Source of the DNA: Trichoplax adhaerens
Taxonomy: Eukaryota; Animalia; Placozoa
Assembly (NCBI RefSeq): GCF_000150275.1
Contig: NW_002060945.1
Location: forward strand, 8,014,011-8,078,010
DNA length: 64,000 bases
Direction of reading: 5' to 3'
Below, piece after piece: positions 30,501-43,704 of this stretch. Position 1 is the stretch's first letter, and every line of letters starts with the position of its first letter. The notes beneath the pieces were generated by a model. The model was not told the DNA's origin. It saw nothing but the letters and a program-made list of their open reading frames with translations, and made no database searches. The position numbers and the translations under genes are program-made.

Positions 30501-33500
30501 GAAAGCTATGTTAGGAATGTTGTAGTTAAAGAAGTATGTAATAGTAAAGGATGGTAAATAGATTAGAGTATGTTTACAAGTAAGATGTTTCCTATAAAAC
30601 GGAAGCAATTCGAATAATGCAGTCTGTGCTAATTAAAGTGTTGTCCTTACTACTTCTAGTCGTATGTATTTTACGTGATATAAAAGGGGCATTTAATTCA
30701 GTAGATTTCTTAAAGACTTTGTATTCTCTTGTTCTAGAGATTAATTTGTGACAGCATATTCTAAACTTGAGCCATAGCAACAGATATACCTACCGAACTA
30801 ACTTCTTCTGGATATTTAAACATACTACAGACGACCATGACTGGTCAATAGCTGATACAATACTACGATTGAAAATGACATTAACATAACAACACAAGTT
30901 CTTTGCATGTGAATTAATGCTATACTCGATTATGTGTGCAAATACACTTTTGGGTATTGCAAAGTCTTCTGTTTTTCATTAATAAAGAGATTTATGATAA
31001 TAAGTTTGAACTTTATGAAGTCCTTCAATATCTTGTTGATTGCAGTAAAACTAAATCGGTCGGAGCATATCAATTTTATACAATTATATATGAGATTATG
31101 GTTCTAGTAGTTATATAAAGTATATGTAGCATGTTAAGTCCCTAGTAAATCCTCATCAATCAAAATTATAGAGCCTTTACTGTGTTATTATGCCTAAGAT
31201 CTGTAAAATCAGTTACTTTTTCTCATACATAAGCGTATAGTATATGATTCAAGATATATAATTACCCTATGCGTATCATGGCTCAATTATATAAATGTAA
31301 GGCCTTATTATATCTTTGTTTCTTGCTGTAACTTTAAAATAATTTCAGTAATCATTTATCTTGAAACTACTATCGATATGATAATTTCATACAAGGATTG
31401 TCGACGAGAAATTTCTATGATATTCAAATCCTCATCATGAAGTAACAGTTTTATTTATATTAACTCTTAATGTCCATATTATATTTTATAGCGGTTATTG
31501 ATAATGAGAGTGTTATTTTTGATCGTTCAAAATACGGATTACTTTACTTAATTTCAACGCAGTATTTTTTGTGTATCAAATGATCCCTTTTAACGATCGT
31601 TTCTTTGCCAACGAAATGATACACTATATCGCCTTACTCCTTTAATATACGGCCGAAACAAATAAGTGGTATACTAAATTAAATATAAATGATATCGATT
31701 CCATGCTGCATAGTACTATTTAAGAACTAATTTTAACGTAAATAAATTTCGTTTCATAAGCTTCAAAATGGGAAGATTTATAAAGCAGTTTCAGATAGTG
31801 GTGAGCACCCACAATATCATAAATTTCCAGTTAATAGTTGTGAATTTGTATATGATTATAATATTAGACGTAAATTGAATAGTATAAATCATTACTATTT
31901 GTAAGCATTATCATAAAGAAGTTCTTATTCCGTGGGGCCTTTTCACGGCATTAAAGACTCTTGTAGTTCTCAATTATACCGCGTTATTTATTAGCAAAAT
32001 GTAAATGCTATGCATAAAAGTTGTTAAAAGCTAATCATTTGGAGAGCTTCTAATTAATTTTCTTAAAGACGTTACTTTGTCATAGAATTAACTACAGTTA
32101 AAACGGATGTGAATGAGTTAGCGTTGCAATTGGATAGTAATATGAATATGCACAGTGGATTTTACCACCTGAATAGTAGACACAATAACATAGCCTGGCT
32201 GTAATCATAGTAATAAAACTCTTCTAACTTCTGCTCTAAAATTGTCTGTTCGATCACTGTGAAATCATATCGCTAGGCCATATAGTCATTTAATTTTATG
32301 ATTTTTAAAGATGATACGAATGGACAAATAAGGCTCTTGTATTACTTCATGAAAAAAATAAATAACTGAATCTGGGCTTGCTAGCCATGCAAACTTCTCC
32401 AAGAACAGTATTAACTGATATAGCTTATACCTAGATATTATCTTTATAGCAGTATCAAAACCTCATCAGATAATTATAGTCCACTTTAAGTTTGCAAAAT
32501 CAGGTGCCTGCGATAATTTTGTTTTACGAAAAAATATTTACCTAAATGTTCTTATAGATATTTTTTCTTAAAAACATGAAGACTTTATGTTTTGATAAAA
32601 TATACGGAAACTAGTTAGTTATCTAATTAATTAACGATTTATAACAAAATTTTAGGCTCAAGTCGTGCTCTTGTTACCAATCGTATGATATACGGTACTT
32701 TCGGAGGCACGCTCCGATGAACTCTAAATGTTCGTTTTGAGATATTCACATTTAGACCTTCTAATTTCGGGAATAAGTTTTGTTAATACATATTCACGTA
32801 GATACTCAGAAATAAAGTTAAAGATAGACAAGTGAGCGACTTTTTTTATCTGTATAATAAATCTCGAAGTAGCTTTTTGTGTAATTAAACACGAATAAAT
32901 CTACGTGCTAATAGGTCGACGGATTGTGCCACCTTACACGTAGTTCTCGTTTTTAATACCTAGATGTTAAGTATATTGATATTAATATTCAAGTTAAAAA
33001 GATGGCTCAAACTTGGCATGATCCAATATTCAAATCGGCATGAACCTTTTTCATATATCTTCTTTCTAATTACATTTAGAAACGAGTTGAATGGCTTAAA
33101 ATTTACTAAGGGGAATTCAATGCTACAGGATTAAAGCAATATAAGATACGCATAGTTATGCAGCAGAGAATGAGATAAGTCATGCATATATTTGATTAAA
33201 ACTCCTTTTGAGATTCGGTTAAACCGTAATCCTATCAAGTGGCTTCTATCAGAGTAAGGGAAAAGGTTATCCAATTTAGATAATAAGTACGATTAATTAA
33301 AAATTTTGTTACCACATCTGTTGATTTATCGTTGACTACGGTTGATATTTGAATTCAGAGTATATCATACGAATATCGAAATTTTCTGATTTAATTATAG
33401 GTTATTGATAAAGCTATCGATAGAACATAACATTTGCCCAATCGCCATACAATCAAGCATATCCATAGCAAATTTGATTAACAGTGTTGTTCCTAAGAGC

Positions 33501-34030
33501 AAGATTCCAATCGTAATATTGAAGGTGGGGTATAGCAGCTTTCAGGTCGTATTGGTATGTAGAAGGCTTGATAAATTTTGCCTTACAGAAATTTGGGCGT
33601 TTTACCTGAATGCTTTTAATTCTTCCAGTATTACCGAAATATAAAATATTGTAAGTGCAACCAAATTATGCATGGACATATGCTATATTGATCCAAATAT
33701 CTAATTTAATTAATATATCTGCCAATCAGTCCTGGCAAGGTAGTAGCTAAAAAAGGCTGGCATTAATATTTTGCTACGATGCTAATTCAATCAAACACAG
33801 ATATGTCCAGCTCTCTTAATTCTATCATTATTAAATATTGATGATGTATCTAAATTTAAATGATATTAACTACAAATAAAAATATCGCATGATACGGAAA
33901 ATTATCTAGATACTCCCGCTGTTGACGTAAAATGATAGAAAATATTCTCTGCAGTAACTTTTCACAGTAATATTCTAGAACGATATAATAATAGCTTTAC
34001 CTCGCTTTAATTTCAAGGTATAATTATTCT

Positions 34031-37000
34031 ATGAGTAATTTTTCAACCATGACTGCACATCTAAATTTACCATTCGCAAAAAGTAGCTATCGAAAGGTAG
34101 TTTACGATCATGAAGACTTTCTAATTAAAAATTTACCAACGTATGAAATTATTGAAAAAATGTATACAAACCATCTACTTCAAGAGATCTTTTTCCTCAG
34201 TATCACAAATGTCGAACCTTCTGCGGTGGTTATTGAAAAAAATAAAGAAATTATAAACTTAATCTATGATAAAAATGTCGGTGAATTTTTTCAGTTTTAT
34301 GAGATTCTGGTTAATTTAAACGATAAAACTTGTGGCAGTCTATTGAAGGTCAAGTTAATAGATTTATATCATGGACAATATCAAAATAACCATCTAAAAG
34401 GTAAACATTTTTAAACAGTAAGAAATATCTGTGCTTGTTTTGATAGGCTATTTCCCTTTCGAAGTTAATCTTGTAACATATTTCTTTCCTTATAACATTT
34501 ATTTGGATCAGTAAATTAAATTCCTTACATATACTGCTATACAAATCCATACTTAAAATAATATAGAATATTAATGTAGCCGTGTCTTGTTGTTTCGATT
34601 TTTTTCAAGAAATTTTACTGCTTGTAAAAATCTTTATCTACAGATGACATTGCGATTTATTTTCTGTTTATTTTATCTTTATCTATTAAATATTAGAAAG
34701 ATTAATCTTACTACTTTCTATATTTTCAAAATCGTTGAAACTGTTGTGATAAATTGCTAGAAAGTACATTTTACTCGTGATATGCGCTTTTGAAAATTCT
34801 ATGCAATGTCTTATTGAAATACCATAACCGCTGGTGTGTAAATCTGCAAAAAGTAATCCTAATTGATATTCTTTTGAAAGAGAGTGGTTTAATTCACGAA
34901 TTAAGATACTCTACTAATATCAACCAAGTAGCTTATCAGTGCTTATGATGATTTATCCACAGGCATATTTGATTATTTTAATTATTTCCACCCAATTCAA
35001 GTAATTTTTAGTTTCCGATTTATGTGCAAGCTTTGAAATGCTCGTATAATTGTAACAGATAGTATCTAAGAAAATATTAGCATCAAATACTGGATATTTT
35101 GTATATTCTTGCAATAGTATAAATTTAATATTGGCATTATAGCTATAAAAGTCTTACTACGGTACTTCATGTTATTTTAAATAGATTTGGATTATGGACC
35201 TTCTGTGGAAATTTTACATAAGCAATCGTCATCAACATCTTCCTTTAAGTGTTTTGCAAAAGTGCCCGAAGGTTATTTGAATTCAATAAGTTTTAGAATA
35301 GGATATTTTATTTAATTCTTATCTGATATAATGGATTAAGGGGCGCTGCGCTGCTCTTATAGCTATCTATATTCGATATCGTAGTAATATTGCAAAATGA
35401 GCTTATACATATGAGATCATATTAAATATTTTATTATCAATTCATTATTTGTATTCACGTGCTATTTTTAGAGAAAAGTTATGCTTAGTTTATAGCGATA
35501 ATTCTGAAACAGAATTAGACTATAGTAGTGTAAGGCGTATAAATAATATCGATCTACTATTCTAAAACATAGTATTTTGTATAGGTTACAACATGCGTAT
35601 AGAATAATGAATAGTTTGTGTAATATCATCTTTACCAACTCAAGTTTTGCTATTTTATAGTTATTATCCCTTCATTTTCTTCGACAACCATCACTTATTC
35701 AAAGACTCGTGTTTATATGACCAGCGGTAATTACTCTGGCTTAGAATTACAATTTGCTGCTAATCCTTCCAGTGAGATACGTAATATTAAAGCCGAAGTA
35801 GTTCCAGTTATTCCATCCACACCCGCATCGCTTTCTGCTGCATCATTAGGGATCAGGTTATCAGCCAATGCAAAGTTGGATAGCCATTTAAAAGAGATGA
35901 TCAATATTCGCTTTCAGCTACCGGATTATTATTGCATCAATAAGGAGAATCGAATGTTAAAGCGTTCGTTAGTAATAGTAGGCCAAAAGAGTTCTAAAAA
36001 AGGCAACAATGAATTTATAGACTCCCATCAGGAATGTCGATTAAATCGACATGACGATGGCTTGGTCTCTACTCAAGTACAAGCAACATCTTTTGGTGTC
36101 GTTTGCTGTTTTTGGAAAATACCGCAGTTTATCTTAGATGCTGCTCGTTTAGGTCCGAAATTTTATTATCCCTATTTTATGTATGTAGTAGATTGTCTAG
36201 TCGCCATCCAGCCATGGAATAGTAGTTACGATATACAAGGATTCAATTTATTAATTATCCTTACCAGTCGACAATTAGATGTTACAGCTAAGCTTAAGGA
36301 CTATCAAACTGTTGGTAATTTAAATAAAATCGACTTATGCTGCGGCAAATTTAAGCTTCAAGTTACTGGTAATATCATACCAAATCAGCATGTCTTTTGG
36401 CTTGAAAGTTTAGAAAAAATAGTTTATTTTACGGGTGGTTATACTTGCACTAAAATAGCCTGCGCTTTTGAGACTAATGAAGTTTCTCACCTGGAAGGCA
36501 AAATGACGATATCCTATCTAGGATTACCTGATAATTTGGATGATGCTGATCCACGTCGTAATCGAAGCTTATTCTGTGAAAGGATGCAAGCAGATATCGT
36601 AGTTGAGCTAAAATCGGACCAAAGTAAGTTATTGCTTAACAAAATTAGTATCTTAGATTGTGTAATACATTTCAGTCTCCTGTAAGTATTGATCTATAAT
36701 TAGATCCTCGTATCACAGATGCTCCTAAAGATTTTTACACTTTAGAAAGTAGATGTTTGCTTAGTATTAAAACTTTTCGGAAATCAGGTCATGATATTGT
36801 CTTTGAAGATTTTATTCTATAAATTTTTATATTGATCAACATCAGTAGAGGTATCCCCTATGCCAGTAATTTCACAAACATCAATTATATCTACGTTGTC
36901 AAGTGAAATATCCGCAACAGGTAATTGTAATGTAGATTTAGTTTTATCATTTGTAAAATGAAGTAATTAACTGCGAACCAAAATGGTTATTGCAAATTTA

Positions 37001-40000
37001 TTACACTCTCCCAAGATAAATTTTCGTACATCAATATGCTAACATTGTCTGTATTTCAAGTTTCGCAGCTTTAACTCTGATCTTGTCTTAACATTATCAT
37101 TACAGAATCTATTGCATCGACACAAAGTTCAAAGATAGAGATTGGCATGTTAAAAAGAGGTCAGTAAGATATTGACTTAAGTTGGCAGTCCGAGTATTAG
37201 CGCCAAGACCCACGTTCTTGTAAATCTTTGTATCAACAGTAAAGATTTAATATTAGAGATTTGAAATTGTATCACTTTAAAGTTGTTTCTCATAGCAAGA
37301 GCTGTTCTAACAACGATAGTCTTAACTATATATTACGAACTGTGAGTCTGTTCTATTTATTTTCCTCCATTCAATTATAGAGCTTGAAACATACCACGCG
37401 AACTGTTTACTCATCGAATCACTGATAGAGAATATTGCTAATTTACAGCAATTGCATACGATACTTTCAAGCAATGGAATTGGAGATGATAGTATCGATG
37501 TACTAGAGGCTGGTAAAGATCGTCTACTCTTATATACTAAGCAAGAAACGGTAGAAAAAGTAAGTTACGCTTTAATTTATTAAGCTATCTTCGAAAAGAA
37601 TAGTAATATTGGCCATATTGCGGAGACATTGTTATCAGGAAATTTTATTGAGATTTTCCTATTTTCATGGGGTTTAAAGATTTATCATCCAATATTAAAT
37701 TCTCTGGAACAACGTATCAAAATGCAAAAAGAATCATTTGCGAAATTAGCTTCTTGTCAAGATATGCTTGAAGAGATTATCAATGCCCTACCTCCTCAAA
37801 TTGCCGAATATGTTGCTGCATATTTTCCAAATTACTCACGAGGATTGCCGTATCTACGAAAGCAAGTAAATAGTAGCGATAGCAGCACCATTTTTGTAAC
37901 AGGTATCTACTAATTAAAGAAATTGTTCGATTGATAACTTTTAGCGGTAGTCAACTATAAATATAAAATTATTTTTCTATTTTTAAATCTTCTACATCTT
38001 TATAGGTGATAATCAAGCTGGAAAGAGTACATTAATAAATTTCTTACTAGGCAAAGACATACTAACATCAAGCAATCTCAAATCATATCATAGCTATCAA
38101 TTTCGCTATTCAACAGAAATTTCGGTCGAAATTATTATTAATAAATCTTCTATAAAGAATAGAGAAGTTTTACGTAGACGAAGTTTGGGAGATAGTTTAT
38201 CTACATTTTTGACTGAACAAACCTCTAAAAATTCCGATAAGAAAGAAAAGAAAATCTTTAAAATCTTCTATCCATCCGCTTTGCTAAAGGTAATTTCATG
38301 AAAACATAACACTAATGTACAGTGCAAACGATTGATATTGCGATAGGATACCGTAATGAATCTTCAGTGATCTCGCTAGTTTCTGATCTTTCCAAGAACA
38401 CTTTACCATTGCAAAATACGATGTTTAATAACAATTTAGATCGAATTAATAGACACCAATCTATTTTTAAGCAATCGTAACCTTGATAGTTTTATATTAG
38501 AAACACGTGGATATTATGATATAATCAGGAGTAATGATGGCAATTAATTGATGATCTATTTTGCACTAGAGTGTTAAACCACTTAAGGTTGCAATTCTTG
38601 TCATTACAAGTTAGTAATTTCTCTTGTCCTCGCTGATCACATAATAATGCATGCAAGCATAGCTGAATTGAATATACAGTCTTACGTATAGCTTAATTGA
38701 GAGCTATTGCTAGTTTACCAATGCAAGTTTATAATATATAGAATATATACTTGAACTTTTCTTACAAGTGAGATTATGCATTCTGAAGCTACTGCAGGTC
38801 AGTAACATTTTATTATCAATTATTGCATTTCATAAATTGGTGTACGATACTTTATCAATATAATATTAGAAAACTCCGTTAAAAAATTAGCAATATAGTG
38901 AGATTACAACAATAGCAATTATAATATCCCTTACCTATGAATGCATACTTTACCAAAAGTGAAACAATCATGTTGCTTTGATCAATTGTATACAGATGAT
39001 ACAATATTAGAGGATTCAATTCGGAATATTAATACCATAGTGATATTATAACAAAAGTAATTATAACATTCCTTACTTATTAATTAATACTTTGCCAAAT
39101 TTACAAAATTGAAGCAATCCTGTCGCCTTGACCAACTATACACAGATGATATAATATTAGAAAATTTAATTGGAATATTACCAATATGATATTATAGCAA
39201 AAGTAGTTGCAATATTCCTTACCTATGAATTGGTGTTTTACTAAAACTGAAGCAATCATGTTGCCATCGCCAACTGCACACAAGATTTTTGCCATTGAGT
39301 ACCTATCTATTCCTCTATTTAAGCTAGAATAGTGCAAAATTAGAATACCGTAATTCACCGGTATAGACGAAAAATTTCGAAGGATATTAATCTTTGTGAC
39401 ATTTAGGCTGGTATTACTATAATCGAAGATGATACAGAGTTTACTGGCATTCATGATGAAACTGCAATGTTGATGACAGGAGCTGCGGTAATCATTTACG
39501 TGATTGACTCTGATAAAAGGACGGGAGCACAAATTGATAAAGTAAGTTAAAGTAGACTACTATCGAACTGCTTATATAGATCAGATGGGGAATATCATGT
39601 CAATAAGTAGACAAAAATGTCATTCTTTAAGTCTATCTTAAAATAGGCTTGCCTATACGTCTTATAGACTGCAATTTCATTCTCACTACTATACTTGATA
39701 GCTATGTGAAATAATGAATATAAATTTGGATAACTATTTACACTGTAATCAGGGAAGAATTCGTTTTTTATTCTGATTCTTGTTTGCAACAAGGTTGCAA
39801 AATTTTTAAGAATTGTACGAGATAAAACACCAGATACTCTGGGCTTTCCAGCCGGCTCTATCCTATTCGCTTGTAATAAGTGGGAGGGTGTTGAATTAGA
39901 TGAAAGACCTCATGTAAGCCATCGAATAACTCAAGAAATTAAAGATATCTGGCCACAATTTGATGACTGGCAAATAGCTTGGACTTCCTTCAAAAATGGC

Positions 40001-41450
40001 CTACAGCATTTTAAAGGTGGTTTCGTAGCTTCTGATATGAAAAACTTATTACAAACGATTCAAAAGCAATTGAGCTCTTGTTTTTGGTTCAGATTTGTTA
40101 CCCATATTCGGTATGTCTAAAGTATTAATACGAAATTTTGCCTCAAATGATTCATTTTTGAAAACTATAGCTCGGGTACTAAAGGGATTTTTTCTGTAGT
40201 ATGCTAGACATGTGTTTCTGGATGTAAAACTGACCCATAAATATCATACCTAACTTAATTAATTTTTAGAATTTGCTACATATAAATATACGTATATCCT
40301 ATATTATAATCTACATGGATAATTCCTGTTAAAAAGGGGTTTCATTAATACTTGCTACACGATTTATTTATTTACCTAAAGCAGATGTTTCTATGTAGTG
40401 CATTTAAGCCAGCCTTTATTTTCTTCATTCAGATATTTAGAGCGATTTTTGCGGATGATTCAAATACCATATAAATTTTACTTAAAGAACTGTACCCTTC
40501 CATCCAATCAATTACGCAATCATCTCAAAACTATTAAGCAGGCGCAAGTAAAAATTTTAGCTCATCTACAGACAGCGAACGAAAAAGTCAATCAAATTTT
40601 AGAAGAATTTTACCGAGGTTGGTCTAGCGAATTGACAGAATCGTTGCAGAAGATGATCGATTCAGTAGAATTTGAAAGTGAAATGTCGAGGTGGAATCCG
40701 AAGTGTACAATTTTATACCGAAATACAAATGATACTACAGCAATTCTTAAGAAATTATTAAAAGACCGGATTATGCATTTATTGATCAAGTGGGAAAATG
40801 TAAGCTGTATTTTCAAGGATATGGAATTTGAGACAGAACGCATCATTACCCAACATTACGAATTTCCGCCATTAAGCAGAGATAGAAGTAACAGGTTACT
40901 ACCACTTATTGGGCCATTATTTTTAAATGGAAAATTCAATTTAATTTTTCCTAAAATAGCAGAACAATCATTAAAGGATAAAGATGGTTTATCTATAGCC
41001 AAATTGGCATCGAAACCGCGCATAAATTGCGAATATGTCGATGCACTCTTAACATCCTTAATTGACACTATTCGATTTCCTCCTATCAACTCTGTTTTTA
41101 CTCAGTCATTGATGTCGGTAAGATCCCCGCAATCGATCTTAGCATCACGAAAACAAGGAAATTGTAGTAATATATTACGACAAATAGCCATACAACTTGT
41201 TGATAAACTGCGCAAACAACAATATCATTGTAAGATTATTACTCATTTAATGATTACCTTTCGAAATGATGTAGCTAAATTTCAAGAACAAAACATGATT
41301 CAGATCAACGCATGTAAGAGAGTTTTACAGGAAGCACATCATATATACCGCAATAAAAGTACCGAATTAACAAATAGGCTGGACAGTATTCATAGAATTC
41401 AGGAAGAATTACGTCTTCTCTACGGAACTTATCGGCATTTGTTAAAATGA
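34031..41450 (+). CDS. Multi-exon protein: CARD-like death fold + ZU5/UPA-like region + S/T linker + dynamin/mitofusin/BDLP-like GTPase + helical stalk (approx. exons 34031-34400, 35184-35271, 35661-36623, 36704-36787, 36846-36920, 37105-37163, 37296-37341, 37449-37559, ~37653-37902, 38006-38289, 39407-39541, 39794-40110, 40433-41450)
   Basis: Exon 1 has a CARD-like helix pattern (YRKVVYDHEDFLIKNL...EIIEKMYTNHLL...EKNKEIINLIYDKNVGEFFQFYEIL). The spliced P-loop reads IFVT|GDNQAGKSTLINFLLG, followed by FYPSALLK|AGITII, AVIIYVID, LFACNKWE and a long helical last exon. All junctions chain in frame; the acceptor near 37650-37680 is weak. Confidence 0.7.
38855..39285. repeat. Degenerate tandem repeat, about 3 copies of a ~144-bp unit, inside an intron
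   Basis: ccttac(c/t)tat recurs at about 38929, 39071 and 39217, each followed by tgaa(a/g)caatc(a/c)tgt(t/c)gc. The acagatgat..attag..gatattata.caaaagta block links the copies. Periods are 142 and 146 bp. Confidence 0.85.
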
Positions 41451-43269
41451 AGAGTCTTCTTTGCGGCTTCTAGATTTTATATTGCTCCAACACAGTCTCT
41501 TTTTCTATACTGTTACTCGATCACATTATCGATTTTTAGTCCATCCGGTGATTACATTAAATTAGATGAGTGTATTCTTTTGACTATTTTGATTCTTGTG
41601 ACCTATTAACTTCGGTATTGCCATTTACTATTTTAATTTTAATTCTATTACCATATTCTTATTTTATACCAATTAATGAAGCCACTTTGGCCTTGATAGT
41701 TGATTATTTAGTATCTACTTACTTGTCAGTATAGTAAGCTACAAGTCTAATCATAGCATATCACCTTTACTTCATTCCCGTTTTATTCTACGGATTTTAA
41801 CTCACTGTTAATTATTTTTGAGTTTACATATTGCTATCTAGAAAGGCTGGATTAAGAAAATATTGTTAATAAATGAAGTTTACTCATTTCATTCACTGCA
41901 ATTGGTGATACAACGACCCAGAAATTTCCATGGTTCGCTGAATATAATGGGCAGATGCTTACTACAATTTCACTAAATAACGATGGCGTTGGAGGCAAGA
42001 AAAGGTTTGCTATGAGAAAGAGCAGACTAGAGAAGAAGACTCAATTTAGCAATCCTACTTACAATCATAAAGAGGCGGGAGCTAAGAATGACTTAATTCC
42101 TGGCGAATGGATACCAATTGTATAGAATTTACTTTACTGAAATATAAGTTTAGACATATGCACAATAAGTAAGAGTGTTTAAAATGATATCTACAAGTAT
42201 ATAAAGATCATCTCAACAATAAATGTCACCGGTCTGTGCTCATATAAAGTTGCTATTTAGGCATGGCGTTTTAACGAAGTGACCATCATACGTAAAACTA
42301 TCATATGGTATCAGTCTCGCAACTATTCGTATATCAGCAGTAGTTATGCAATTTCTGTTGCATGTCCATAGCAGTTATCTACTGTATCTTCATTAGTTGG
42401 ACGTAGATTCTAAGGGCTTAGAGCTTCGTTGGTGTCCATGAAGTTGTGTAGTATTTGCGAATATTGAAATCCCTGTTGTGCGCGTCTACTTTTGTGCGGA
42501 AATAGAGCAAAATATGGCAAGTAGTAATGATGCTAATTCTGTCTCTCTACTGCAGTTTACAAGCTCACAATTCCTTACTGTATACAGTATTTATTTTGTT
42601 TATTATTTTTAAAATTAATACGCTATCGCGGTCCATGTCTTTACTTCACTTAATTGTAGCATGTAACACTTCAGTATTTCGCTGATAGTTTCCGAAATAA
42701 TTGAACGCTTTTCCTACAAGAGTCTTTTGTGTAATCATTTCATTTACGGACGATTTCAAACTTGAGCTAAGTATTCTATTCATGCTACGCAAATGCTTCT
42801 ATTCTAGACTAAACTTGCAGAATTGCAATGCTTTACTATACAAGTCCATGAGTTAGCTATAGCATGGATTACTAAAGGTTTCCTTGTAGTAGTCCATTGC
42901 TACAGCAATCCGCAGATTGATGCAGTACTACAATTGTCCTTGGACTAACATCATCTTTGCACGTATAAGTACTGATATAAACATTTTCAATCAATAAAGA
43001 GAGTAGGAGTTAGTCGTTAGTTTTACCAGGGACTACTAAAAAGATTTTACATTAAGTTTACTTAAACTACATGTCCACCACACTTGCTCCCATGCTAGTT
43101 TAGCCATTTTTTGCTAGCCGTATCCATTACAACCCGAGGGTTACCCGTCCTGCCTTCCGTAGGTCTGAACTGAATTTTACAGGGTACTGCCTAATACAAC
43201 TCATCCTGCATCTACTGTACCTTACACCATTATTATACAATCCAGTCATCGGCATTTAGTTATCCTATA

Positions 43270-43490
43270 TAGTACTGTACTGTACCGTACCGTACCAGTC
43301 CCAGATCGTACGTTACGGTACTGTCCGATGCTATGGTTTACTATAAGCTTTACTGCCGTACTGTACAGTACTGTACCGTAAAGAGCTGGTTTACAATCAA
43401 TAGTAAAGCTGTATTAAAGTTTTCGTACACACGTGTACCGTACCGCACCATACCATACCGTTCCGCACCGGACCGTAACGTACTGTTATG
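43270..43490. repeat. TACTG/TACCG/TACAG pentamer cluster upstream of ACL4
   Basis: agtactgtactgtaccgtaccgtacc, gtactgtacagtactgtaccgta and gtaccgtaccgcaccataccataccg, about 215-435 bp before the ATG at 43705. Confidence 0.8.
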
Positions 43491-43704
43491 GTGCTGTGCA
43501 AGCTGAACAGGAGCAACTTCGCAACGGCCTCATTGTCCAGGAGCAGGAAGCAAAGGCAAAAACTCTGCAAATCTCAAACATCTCCAGCGATTCTGGCCTG
43601 CCTAGTGATCAATTCAACTAATTCGATCACTTTTAATTTCTCTTCCAGTGTTGGATGGAGCCAGGGAATAACCAGTATACCAAGTCATACATCATTTAAA
43701 TAAT

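Noticed and set aside
37296-37720. Possible SAM-like domain before the GTPase
   Set aside because: The pattern is too weak and depends on an uncertain splice acceptor. An HMM or structure search is needed.
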